From contig NW_024704742.1 of the NCBI RefSeq assembly GCF_018977255.1, forward strand, positions 16,804,001 to 16,868,000: a stretch of DNA of 64,000 nt. Reading direction: 5' to 3'. This document shows positions 12,514 to 24,787 of the stretch, one piece after another. The DNA is from Callorhinchus milii (Eukaryota). The translations under genes were made by a program, and so were the position numbers. The stretch's first letter is position 1. Each line of letters begins with the position of its first letter. Below the pieces are notes generated by a model. The model saw only the letters and a program-made list of their open reading frames with translations. It made no database searches and had not been told where the DNA came from.

Positions 12514-13152
12514 TCAACAACAACAACAAATTATACTTGTATAGTACCCTTCAGGTCAGAAAGACGTCCCAGGGCACTGGACAAACAAGGGTTTTGGACC
12601 TGAGCTGGGAGTTGGAGTCAGAAGGGGAGGAGGGCCAGGGGATGGGGTTGGGGCTGGGGGTGGGAGGGTGGCAGAAGGCATCATCAAAGAGGAAGGTCTT
12701 CAGGTGGGACTTGAAGGAGGCAAGAGAGGAGGTGAGGGATTGTGGGATGCAGTTCCAAAGTGTGGCAGTAGAGATCCTGAATGACCGACCAACAATGGTA
12801 GGGCGGGAAGTGGAGGGGACCTGAAGCAGGCCAGTGTCCGACGAGCGGAGCAAGTGGATAGGCTGATATGGGGTTATGAGGTCAGAGAGGTAGTGGGGAG
12901 CAAGACCGTGGAGTGCCTTGAAGGTAAGAACAAGGGTTTTGTACTTGATTTTCTGAGGAATGGGGAACCAATGAAGCCAGGCAAGAACAGGGGTGACAGC
13001 TTCCCAGAGCCTGTTGCGGGAGCGGATACAAGCTACTAAGTTCGGAATAATCTGCAGCTTGCGGAGGAAAAAGTCGGGAAGTCCATGAGCAGGCAGTTGG
13101 CGTAGTCAAGCCGAGATGTCATGAAAGCGTGGATCAGGATCTCAGCAGCAAA
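12514..13152 (-). mobile_element. L2 LINE 3' fragment
   Basis: (caa)n tail; reverse strand LIHAFMTSRLDYAN and RSFRISTATLWN remnants. Confidence 0.85.
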
Positions 13153-16100
13153 ATCAGAGATGATTTTGGAGTAGATTTTAAATTGACCAGTGCTTCAGGG
13201 CAATTTGTTTTGGGATCACACTGACCATGCCCTAAATATATTTTATGTATATAATTAACTGGATAAACCTGAGCATAAACACAACATGGGAGAGTCAATC
13301 AATTTAGGATTGTGTGTCAATTCAGTACCTGTCTCCTGTGTATGGTTCACGCCAGCTATTCGTTAAATTAATCCAATCAGTAAAAATATTGTGTGTCAAC
13401 ATCATCGACGCTCAAAGAACAAATTGCTAGTTGACATTCAGATTATTTTACATAACTAGTGCATGGCCTCAAGCCAACTCAAGAAAACATTAAACGTTGA
13501 AGGTTGCCTGTGCTGCTATGTTCTATAGTTATAAATGCTTTGTTATTGTTGAAGAAACCTCAGCTCTATTTGATTGTGTCTGCAAATCCATAAAAACTCC
13601 ACAGTTGAAGTGCTTTACTCAACTGACTCACCAATCCATTGAACCTTAGAGTGGTGGGATTTGGGACCATACCCCGAATTGGCAACATGGTGAGTCTCTG
13701 ATCTTGACCAGGCCATCTGGAGATGGATGGATGTTGATCATTTCAAAAGAGACACAGCCACAATTAGAGGTCAGATCATTGTCACAGATATAGGGACACT
13801 GAAGTGAATTGTAGCACCATAGCTACTTGCTGCCCTGGTTAACAAACACATCCTGGAATTCAAATCTCTTACATTGTCTAACATGCCCAATTCTCACTGT
13901 TTATTTCATCAACCAGGCGAGTAGAGAAGGTTGTCTGCTGTGCCTTCTCTGCTAGATAATTCAGTTTATCCTCTTCTGGATACAGATTCTCATTGCTCAT
14001 GTATTAGTTTTGTCATCTATTAGTTTTGTCATCTATTCACTCTATCCAGGAGATCTTGTCAGTTTGAATTGCATTGAAAGTTGAAATTCATGGGCAATTA
14101 TGATGCAGCGAAAAGAGACATCTGAGTCAATTACGTAGCATAATTGTCTGTGATCTTTGACCAATTTAAGTCATTGTAATTTCCTGTCAAGATGCCTTAG
14201 ATAGAATGAAGATGAAAGCCGTAATACTCGATCCCTTAAGCACAATTCATAATTAGCAACATTGGCAGCAAATGTAATAGAGTGATATAGTGGATAGAAG
14301 TGAAAAATTTAAAATGTAATCAAAAATTTAAGGAGTCATTCTTCTCGATTCACTTAGTGTCCTCGTTCCTTTGATACGCACTTTCAATGGGATTTTGCTA
14401 GTTAGAAAATGGAGCGTAATAACCTCCTTAGTCTAAAAACATAAAAGTGGCATATTACACTGTAAAATAGGTGACCTAGATATTCTTTCCATTATGCAAT
14501 AATTGGTTACCACTAATAATAAATATACCTTCAAGCTTTTTGTGCATTTTTCACTATTAATAATATCTGACAGATTAAATGTTTAAATCCACCCAGCTCA
14601 CCCTTTAATAATGGCAATTTGTGTGAGGTAGCAAAGGTGGGGAGGAAATTGAAGAATCAAAAGTGCAAAATGCTCTTATTAGCAGCGAGAGATGGAGAAT
14701 AGTGAAATAAATATTCTGCGCTTGTAAGTTCTCAGCAGCTAATACTGGAAACTTAGAAGCACAGTAAGTGTTAACCCTGGTTGCTTGATATCAAGCTGAT
14801 AAAAAAGGACAGTACCATGTTTTTATTTACTGGTTACAGCATAAGGAATATGATTTTTATACTGGTCAAATCTTAATTGATATGTGAGCAGCAACAAAAT
14901 CTGGGATGGTGGCATATGCCTTCTGTGTCTTGAGTGCTCTTGGGAGAGATCTAACATGATGGCTGAGAGACAGTGATAAGGGGGAAGGTCATCACTATGA
15001 CTGACCCATCACTTAAATGTGTCATGTCTTTGTTAAACTTCTGATTCCAAACAGAAGACCTTATCTCTGTCAAACATAGGTTGAAGGCTCCATGCATCTC
15101 TTGGAATGATCATACCTTGAGTGATCAAGTCCTGTTGTGTTACAGAGTCAAACAGCTGGGTAAAGTAGACTGGGACTCACTGATAACGCCTACGAGTTTC
15201 CCTGGAATGGGAATTAAGGAGAGAAACACCATGCATCAAAGTCACACCACAAACAAAGCTGAGATATGTCATGAAATCAAAGTTGGAATATTGAAAGCCT
15301 ATGATAGAGTGGGATGAGGCTGCAAATGAATCATTGTCAGAGCAGTTATGACAAGGTAAAATCTGCAGGAAAATTAGATCAAAGCCTATTGCAGGTGAGC
15401 AAATGCCAGTGAAATAATCAATGAGAATTCAGGCCAGTCCTGTGGCTCGAGACGTCTGGTGATAGTGACTCCAGCTGGAAACTGCCTTTTATGTTATGGG
15501 GCCACATAGTGGAGCTAACTTAAACAGTGTCACTGGAGATGTTCCCGTGGCCATATGAATGGATCCAATAACTTTATGATGTGCATAGATCACCGGAATC
15601 TTGCACACAAAGTGGAAACTTTAGATTATGATACATTGGTGATCTGAAATTTAGTATGTTTCCTATAAATAAATCAAGATACAACATTATAATGTTCTGA
15701 GCTAACAATTGTGTTCTGTTTCTGGAGCACATCCCAGCCCATTCTGTCACCTTTAAGTTGCGGTTTTGCTTTATTTTCTATTCCAAATATCATATCAAAG
15801 TAGAAATATTACACATATTAGCACCACCTTCTTAACTGAAATGTTTACTAATAAACATCTTTTTAAATATCTGTAATGTAGGTAAGAGTGTTATTATGTG
15901 ACATTATTATAACTTGGAGCAGGTTTCCAGTTGAGCCATGTCACAAAACAGCATTATCTATTGGTATTGGAATCTCATTTGGCAGAGAATGTTGTATGTG
16001 TGGGTGGTGGGGAGGGTGCATTTGGAAAAAAATGCATCAACCACCTAGTTGTAATTTTAAAGTTACTAGGTTACATCTGCCAGGTTTCTTTTAGCAGGCA

Positions 16101-16286
16101 ATGAATCATTCAGCCATTCAGTGTGTTATCTAGTTCGTTGGCCAAAGGCGTGAGAGCTTCACAGAATATACTGTAAAGTGAATTGACTGTATATGTTGTG
16201 GGCGAACCGGTCACTGAAGTGTATGAAGGGTTGGATTTGTGACTGTTTATATGCATGTTCACATAGTCTGCTTTTGGCAATTTTAG

Positions 16287-16424
16287 GATTTTTCATTCCG
16301 ACTTGTGATGAAGATGGCTATTATAAAGCAACCCAATGCCATGGCGGCGTGGGACAATGCTGGTGTGTTGACCGATATGGAAATGAAATGGGAGGATCAA
16401 GGACAAGTGAATCTCCAGACTGTG
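16287..16424 (+). CDS. SPOCK3: Testican-3 exon, thyroglobulin type-1 domain (QC...CWCV motif)
   Basis: Acceptor attttAG, donor GTATAG, 138 nt. Translates GFFIPTCDEDGYYKATQCHGGVGQCWCVDRYGNEMGGSRTSESPDC. Confidence 0.96.
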
Positions 16425-16654
16425 GTATAGAGTAAAACCAAAACAATATCTTTCTGAAAGCCTTTGTTTAGTCACATGTGGTAATATTTCATTAAGCTGA
16501 AATATCATAAAATTTGTAAATCAATGTGTTTACTTATTTTATGCATCAGTTAATGTTTTCCATAACGTGACATGATGTGGCTGATTTGGTGCTACACAAA
16601 CACCAATTGACAATTGTTTTACTTGTGCAAATATGTCTAGATACTTTTCTTCTC

Positions 16655-17200
16655 CCCAACAACAACGTCAATAGAGACTTTCTTGTAAAGTGAACATCTT
16701 GAAGAGCTTCACAGCACCAATAGGAAGAACTGTGAAGGAGTGAGGAATGAGAATATAAATGGGTTGACCCAAATTTTCTCTCATGGAAATATTTAAGAGT
16801 GATTTGAAGGCAAGAAAAAAGCGATTTGGGGAGAGAGTTACAGCAAGCAGGTTCATAGGAGCTGAAGATTTAGACACTGATGGGATTAGGAACAAGCAAT
16901 TGACAATAGTTGGAAAGTGCAAGAATAGGTCTGGAGGAGATAGTATAGGAAAGAGGGGTGAGTCTTTGTCCTGACCTGGGGTACTGAGAGTTAATAGAGA
17001 CCGGGAAAATGGAGCTAAATGGGGCAATGATCCTGAGATAGAAGAAAGTGATTTTGGTAAAGACCCAGATGTGCGGTTTGAAGCAGAGTTAGGGGTAAAG
17101 CAGAAGTTGATGCACTGGCTCAGTTAGCACAAATGACTGCAGACATGGGGTGAGAAACTGTTGGGGCAGATGAAGTGAAGACACTGGGGCAGATTGGAAC
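16655..17200 (-). mobile_element. Old, highly diverged L2 fragment
   Basis: caacaacaac tail followed by a purine-rich degenerate L2 3' region. Confidence 0.55.
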
Positions 17201-18069
17201 CAAGAAAGCAGCCATTGAGATGGGCCAAATTATATTTTTGTTTTGCTAAAAGCTTTGTCAAGATTTTCTTCACATGATTTGCATGTAAAGATAGTTATCC
17301 AGGGATGACTTTTTGTTTTAACTTGGAAATAAAGTGGCAGAAATAACAGAAATAAAGAGATAAAATGTGGTGTTTCATAAAACCGTCAATGCATTTTTTC
17401 TCCATAGGCTAATCCCATCTGAATTACACCTTGTTCAAACTCATGTACATTATTGTCCAATGGCTGTGAATGGGTTAATCCCTATGGGATTGAATGATCC
17501 TTTCTCCCATTCGCTAGCCAGAAAATTACTTGGATCCTATAGAAAATTTTTCAATTATTTTACATTCCGATGAAACCATATGGTCCTTTCCAGAGGCAAT
17601 GGGCGATTCTGTCTGAAGTATATTTTGACTGTAGCTCTGAAAGTGTGTTCCATCTGCTTGCTCCCTCAGTTTTAGGGAATAAGGTTTTCCAACACTCACC
17701 TCATACTCACCTACCATGAAATCAATTGAATTAGATGAATTAGATACGCACATCCGAAGAAAGGATATTAAAGAGTGCAGGGAGATAGTAGGGAATTGGA
17801 GTTAGGTTAAGGGGCGGCATTGTAGAAACAAACATGAACAATAATGCAACGCACTGAAACACCTCCTACTTGACCATATACGATTTCTATTATTTATTGG
17901 TTACAGGTATAGAGAGATTAGCAGTACAATTTGCATGTTTCCTACAGTTCTTATCAGTATAATGCTCTGAACCTCTGCTTATCAGGCTTATCAGTATAAT
18001 TCTCTGAACCTCTGCCATCTGATTTCACAATTAAGTAACATGCTTATAACAGCTTCCTTTATTTTGTAG

Positions 18070-18242
18070 GTGGGGAGATTGAGATATCAGGTGACTTTGG
18101 TAGCGGTGATTTTCACGAGTGGTCAGATGATGAGGATGATGATGAGCAGGAGAACAATGATGAGGAAGAAGATGAAGTTGACAATGAGGATGATGAAGAT
18201 GAGGACGATGATGAATATGATGTAGGCAGCTACATATGGTAG
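18070..18242 (+). CDS. SPOCK3: Testican-3 last coding exon: glycosaminoglycan attachment sites and acidic tail
   Basis: Acceptor ttttgtAG. Translates GGEIEISGDFGSGDFHEWSDDEDDDEQENNDEEEDEVDNEDDEDEDDDEYDVGSYIW, with TAG at 18240-18242. EISGDFxSGDFHEW is typical of SPOCK3. Confidence 0.96.
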
Positions 18243-19630
18243 TCTGGAAGTGTCACGAACTTTACTATTTTGCACGTTTCTATAGTGAAATCTCATATGA
18301 GTTATTAGACATTAAAAATGAACAAAAACTATTTCAGTCGGCGTGTATATTTTGTACAATTACCCTCAAATGGTTACTCCAGAAATAGGTGCGTCCCCTT
18401 GAAATAAACTTTTACTGCCTAAATGCTGCAGTGCTCCTGTAATCTGTGCCAGTTTTGCAAACACAAAGTTGAAAAATGGCAGCCCAGAAAAGAGAATTAT
18501 ATCACAACTAGGAAAAAAATGGCAAAACCTCAAAAGTTCTTTTTGTTTCTCTGAAAATCAATTTATTTTCAATTGTGTTCAATCCTTGTACATAAAATTG
18601 CATTGCAGTAACTCAAGATGTCTTCTTCACTGAAATAATCTGCAAGGTGTCTTTGTTGTTAACTCTCAAACCATTTCTCACAGCACCTGATGTACTAATA
18701 TATCAGGGTTGCTGTTTATACAGTCAGTAACGGTTGAAATATATAATCACAGTTCATTGTGAAAAAAATCTCAGTCAAATGTCAAATTTTGCATTTGTGC
18801 GAATATTGTTTCTTCAGGATTATGTGGTGGAATTTACAAGCGGCTATTTCGAAAGAGAGAGGTAGTTATTGTCAACAAAACATTCTTACCATACATCTAT
18901 CTAAACATAGTTAAGAATGTGCATGCCTTGACTGCCTGAAAGATATTTTCTTCTCCCCCCAAACCCCCATAAAATTGAATCATCTCCTCAAAGTACATAA
19001 TTTCAATTCTTAGTTGAAAATAAAATAGAAGTCACATCGTGATGTGCCTTTCAAATTTAGGAATAGATTTTTTTTTCCTTCTGTGTTAAGGGTAGAGTTC
19101 AGGTAATATTTAAGCACACCTGATCAAAGCTTTGTTACCAGTGTGAGCTGTGAATTAAGAGAAAAATAACAAAAAAAAGTTTTCAATAGATATGGCAATT
19201 ACTGTATGGACTATAGTATCCCATTACCACGTGTAGCATTAGCACTTGAACAATTTTGCTATAGACTAAATTACCCTGTATTTATGTTAGCATGTTATTT
19301 GATTGTGTAGAACATGTTGGAATTCCACTGCCTTGATGCATTACCAGAGCTGAGAGTTCAAGTCCTTTGTCAACTGAAAAAAACAACATTGTTTGTAGTT
19401 ACTAAAGTAACCTTACACCAGTTATTGTTAATTTAGAACAAATGATTGTTGGTTTTAAATATTTTGCCAGGAATCTGGAACAAAAGGAAAATCATGAATT
19501 CTATATAACTCATTTTGATTAAAATTTACCTTATATTTTGAATTTGTGTTACAAAATGAAAAGCTATGCTGCATTTTTTTTTTACCGTTTATGTAGTTTG
19601 CAATAATAAAGGACTCCTGTAACCAACTAC
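18243..19630 (+). other. SPOCK3: Probable SPOCK3 3' UTR with candidate polyadenylation signals
   Basis: AT-rich stretch with no recognisable repeat after the stop codon. AATAAA at 18403-18408, 19019-19024 and 19605-19610; repeats resume at about 19700. The true end cannot be determined from sequence alone. Confidence 0.55.
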
Positions 19631-19699
19631 TCTGGAATTTTAAATATCTGCCCATTCGAGCGTGTCCAAATTGCAACTTGATAGAATTAAAATGTTTTC

Positions 19700-20040
19700 T
19701 TCAACAGTACAAAATCACGTCATGCACTGGTACCTCCCTATCTCTCTCAGCTGCTTACACCCCACTCCTCTACCCACCACTTCGCTCAGCTGGCTACGGC
19801 CTTCTGCTTGTCCTTCACCCTCTCCGCTCTACCAGCAGTTGCTGTGTTTTTAGCCAGTATGCCAAGAATTCTGTAACTCTCTGCTTCAATCCCTCCTTGC
19901 CCATTTTCAGATTACACCTGAAGTCCTTCCTCTTTGACCGTGCCTATGTCACCTCCTCTCTGTCAGCGTCAAGCTCTGCCATTGTTAAGCGTTCCATGAT
20001 CCTATTCTACACAAAGGGTGCTATATAATTGTGAGTTGTA
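19700..20040 (+). mobile_element. Old L2 3' fragment
   Basis: HLKSFLFDRAY remnant and gtgctatataa tail. Confidence 0.65.
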
Positions 20041-20744
20041 ATTTGATGGGCTTTGCCAAAGTGCTTCTTATCCAGTGCATTTATTAAAGAATATGGTCCT
20101 CCTGACATGAAAGGCACTGTATAAATGTAAATTTGTATTATATTGTTCTTTGCTGGAGTCTAAAATGTGATATTCACACACCAGATTTCTTGTGTTAACT
20201 GTGATTTCCATTCGCAAATATCAGGGTGGTGGTGGGAGGAGAGAATTCATGGTATATGATGTGATAGTTGCACAATTCAGATTTACCCCTATTGTATTGT
20301 GAATTGTGTGGCCAGTGACAAAAACAATGTTTTCTCCAGGTAATTCCTTGTACAACACATAAAGGCCCAAGACTTTGGCAAGGACCTATGTTCCCATCCG
20401 AGTTGAAGTCTCATGAGTCTGCCTATTGTGCAGAGGATTCCCTTGAGAAAATGCTATTTACATTGTTGGCATGTTGCTGGCAACCAGTAGTGGAGATGTC
20501 ACTAGTGTTATTTCTCAGTATTCTCTCTCGACCTTTGTCTGGGACAAATTGCACTCTTTAACTCACATTTTCACATTGCGCTATGTCTATGTCGCACATA
20601 GTGCTGTTTGTACACAAAGCACTGTGCTCGGATGTCCAGAGAATATCATGAATAATAAAACAGAAAGGGGCATTGGCCTTTATGTTATTGTCGAAGGTTT
20701 TGGTTGACACATTTCTTGTAATGTAAAGCACTACACATAGCTTG

Positions 20745-21120
20745 CCTAATTTCCATGGTGTGATACTGGGCCGTGCAGACCAGGAAAATTCCAGGGCTGA
20801 TCCCTGGTCTGTGTTGAGTTAGCCAACAATAGCCAGGGAGGAGATGGGGGCACTGTAAATTGAACTCAGTGTTCCTCGGTTAGGGAGTTGCAAAGGAAAA
20901 ACGTCAACCAGGGTTCTCACTTCTGATTATTATTCGGTGACCATGATGGATGTGCACACAGATCAATTCAGGTCAACACAGTGTCGGGCTCAGATGCCAT
21001 GGAGAAATAGCCTACTGACATGCTCACATATGAAAAGGAGGAAAAGTACTGAAGGATTTTCAGCGCCGAATAACCGGCCCCATCACAAGCGACTTCCTTT
21101 ATGAGAGAAGAAAATAATTG
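20745..21120 (+). mobile_element. LF-SINE-like element, near full length, diverged
   Basis: Collinear with the LF-SINE consensus as I recall it: cagaccaggaa...atccctggtctgtgttgagttagc...tgggggcactgtaaattg...ccagggttctcacttctgat...aatagcctactgaca...gctcacatatgaa...gtactgaagg...gagagaagaaaataattg. Confidence 0.8.
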
Positions 21121-22254
21121 AAGCAGAGAAAATAAGAGGTAATCTTTTTCCAGATCCCCCACTTGAACGTAGTCTTTGGCTTTTGCTTAGTTGAAAACAC
21201 ATGAGGATGGAAACAGGCTTTTGAACAGCACACAGCACAACATTGATAGAAGCAAATCTTTTAAAAGAATAGCAATGGTTTGTGCATTCTCCATTGATTT
21301 GTCGTTATCTGTGATCAGAGAGTGCAATGGAAGCCGAGGACAAAAGGGAGCAATCCATTCTTAATTTAAACTACATTAGGGCATCGGGATTAAAATTTCC
21401 TGCAGCAATAACACAATATAAGTGGATTGACTTCAGTGCAAATCAGACCAGGATCTTTGTGCAAACACAATAGCACAAAGATTAAAGCAGATCACAAGGG
21501 GAAAAAAATCAGTGAGGATTAATATTTTTTAGTCAGAAGCGCAGATGTTCCATTTTTACAGTTTAAATGAGGAATTCACTCTATCAATATGATTTGAGAA
21601 AATCGACTTGTAAAGTTCTGTTTGAATAGATGTGAAATCTAAGGAAAGATAAAGGACTTCTTAGCTCCTAATCCCTTATGGAAATTGGGATTCGTGTTGT
21701 ATTAATGGTGGCTTTTAGAACTGGTTAAGTACTTGTAATACTCTCAACTGGCTATCAGGACAAAGAAATACTTATCATTTGTTCACATAAGAAGTAAAAT
21801 TCTGTTAGCAACAAAATGCTAGCAAGTGTAAAGCAAGTTTTTTGCCCTTTGCATGAAATGGTATCCCCAAAAGCTAATTTCACTTGATTACATGTAATTA
21901 TTACAATGTACATACAATGACAACATTCTGTTGAAGTCACCACTGTTTTATAATGAGCATTGAGCAGTAGATTCAAACACAAGAAAATAGAGTTTCTCCC
22001 AATAAAAGTGGGTCTTTCACTTTATCGGTGTTTATGGGATATTACTGTGCTCAAATTCGCTGCCGCGTTTGCCTACAAAGCACAAGGTCGTTACCTCGCA
22101 GAATGTCCTGTGTATTGCGATGTGGAAGGCGTTATCCCGAATAGAAGGATTATTATTATTCTCTATGGTCAAACCATGGAGTGTTCAATCACAAACATTC
22201 CAATAATTAAAGAAACAACAAACAGAGCACTGAAATATTCGGGTTAAACATGTA

Positions 22255-22322
22255 GGGAATGGGGAGTGGGGAGTGGGGGAGGTGAGGGAGTGGGAGAGTG
22301 GGGGAGTGGGGAGAGGTGGGTG
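22255..22322 (+). repeat. G-rich simple repeat, (GGGGAGT)n-like
   Basis: gggaatggggagtggggagtgggggaggtgagggagtgggagagtgggggagtggggagaggtggg contains nine runs of three or more G. Confidence 0.85.
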
Positions 22323-22849
22323 TGCATTCCGATACTAAACATGAAAATTCTGAAAATTGTAGAATTTTACTATTTTTAGTATTTAATACTAAGTTTGTTT
22401 CCAACCTACAACAGTAGTCACCATACCACATGTAAAGCTCACTGCCTCTCCAAAGTAGTTCTATGTGGAGGCAGGTAATTTATACAGAGCAGGTGGAAGA
22501 AAATTTAGCCATGCCCATTGTTAATTGCATACCACCGGATATTAAGGGCATAATTGACATTTCAAACCGTATGTGTAAGTTTCACCAAGTACAATAAATG
22601 GCACACAGCTGAACATCTCATCTTTCAGATGAAGCAAACTTGCTTTTTCACCTCCAACAAAGCAGATTCAAGGGTGGAACTGTGGGTCGGATGAGAGAAC
22701 GTTGCATTCATAGCAAGAAATTGTATAATTTATAAGTCCCTTCGCTGATGCAGCAGAGACCATATGGATTGAGGTCAAGAATAATAAACAAAAAAAGGTA
22801 ATTATTTAATGTGGTTGTAAAGCTGAGTAGGGAGAGAAGATAGACAGGG

Positions 22850-23450
22850 GAAAAAAAATTCCACAGATAAAAGGTCTGTAAAAAGGCCAGTCCATTAATC
22901 ATAGGGGATTTCAATTACCCAGATATTGACTTGGAATACAGCAAAGGAACAACTAAGCAGGAACGTGTGTTCCTTGAGGTGTTGTAGGATTGCTTACTTA
23001 GTCAACTTGTCAAACAGTCAACATGGAACAAGCCAATTCTCAATCTAACCTTTAGCTGTCACTCAGGGTGGAAACAAAATAATATCAGGGTTTCATTGAT
23101 GGTCATATTGAAATGCTGATTGCTAATGTGCAAAGTTAATGCAAAATATTGGACTTAAAAGAGCAGACTTTGAGAAAAATGTATAGTTTTTTATACAAAA
23201 AAGATGCCAATTAGAGCACAAACCACTGAGCGGTTGTAGAAAAAGTGGAAGTTTTTACATAATGTTTGGGAGACTGCAAACTATTTCTAGCTTTTCAGAA
23301 GCAAATCAAGGGGTAAAAAGAGCCAAGAAGTAAAGTAAAGTAAAGAAGTAAAGAGTTAATTAGGATTAACAAAAATCTGTTAAAACAGAAGAATATTTTA
23401 GCCGGAAAATTAACTAAACTGGGAAGTCAAAAACGGTAATTTGGAAAGTA
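22850..23450 (+). mobile_element. CR1 ORF2 endonuclease-region fragment, degenerate
   Basis: ccattaatcataggggatttcaattacccagatattgac translates PLIIGDFNYPDID (AP endonuclease GDFN motif), followed by FLEVV..CLLSQLV and AILNL remnants. Confidence 0.65.
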
Positions 23451-23504
23451 AGAGAAATATTGTCTTTAATTGATAAAATGTTGTGTGTGTTGATATATAT
23501 ATGA

Positions 23505-23790
23505 TATAATAATAATCCTTGCATTTGATATAGCGCTTTTCACGTCTTCTAATAGACTGTAAAGTGAATTGACTGCTTATTTTGTGGGCGAAACGCGGCA
23601 GCCAATTGCGCACAGCAATGTCCCACAAACAGTCATGGATTGAAATGACCAATTTATTATTGTTTTTTTTCTTGAGGGATTATTATCAGACGTGTGGAGT
23701 AAGGAAACTTGCCCAAAGTTTCACCCTGCCAGGAATCGAACCCAGGTCTCTCACTTGCAAAGCCAGTGCTCCAACCACTGAGCTACAGGA
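23505..23790 (-). mobile_element. tRNA-derived SINE, full-length short form
   Basis: Reverse complement of the 3457-3763 type. Confidence 0.9.
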
Positions 23791-24787
23791 CTATATGTAT
23801 ACACAAATAATGTTCTGTGCTCTAAATTTCTATGGTTTAATGGTTAAATACTAGGGTAAAAGGAAAGCTAAAATAATGTTTAGTTGAAAACTATAATGTA
23901 AGCAGTTGTTATTTTAAAGTGACCCAGATTGACCGTTGTGTATCATTTTAGAGCATCCAGAATTTGGCAAATTCTAAACTACACTCTTCATTTTAAAGCT
24001 TTTTTTTGTATCTTTCTTTTACAAACTAGAGAAAAACAGCTTCAAAGTTAAAATTTATTTCAACAATTTGTTAAATGGTGGACACTGAAATGCTATGTCA
24101 AAGGATTGAAAACTCAACGCAGGTGGAATTTTACCTCAGTTATCCAATTAAGGCAATTTTGATCCCTACACATTTCTTCTGGGACTGTGAAGCTGTGTCA
24201 ATAAGCAGCATCTTCTGTTTTCTATGTGTTGATCACATAGGGAAGGAAAGTGTCTAAACCATGACATTTCAAATTCTCATTAATCCTTTATAATGAAGTA
24301 AACTTGGCAAATGAAAAATTAGCTGGTTCGTTGTCATCACTAATCACTGCTGCTAAGAATCCTCCAAATCTGCCTTCCTAAAATCTAACTCAATCTTGCC
24401 TCAGTGTTATCTGGTTATGAGAGTCTGGAAATCGCTAGGAGCAAGGATCTGATAATTGCTGTGTAACTAAAGCCTCCTCGGGAATAATAATACTATCATG
24501 ACAAAACTGCACAACTTAAAAGTCACAGTCACAAAGAAGTGATTAAATTGGGGTCGTGCGATTGCTGAAACCTTATGGAAAGTGCATTGCACAACTCTCA
24601 TTAGATAATGTTATTGCAAAGGCTGTTGAGTAGCTTACCAATCACAGCACTAAATGAATTACTTCAGGATGCGAGGGGAATTCATTTAAAAGGTATGCAT
24701 GTGGGAGGTAATGGGATCAATGTCTGTATTCACCATCAACATTTTAAATATGAGTACAGTAAGGTGGATATTCCAGGAAGATGAGCT

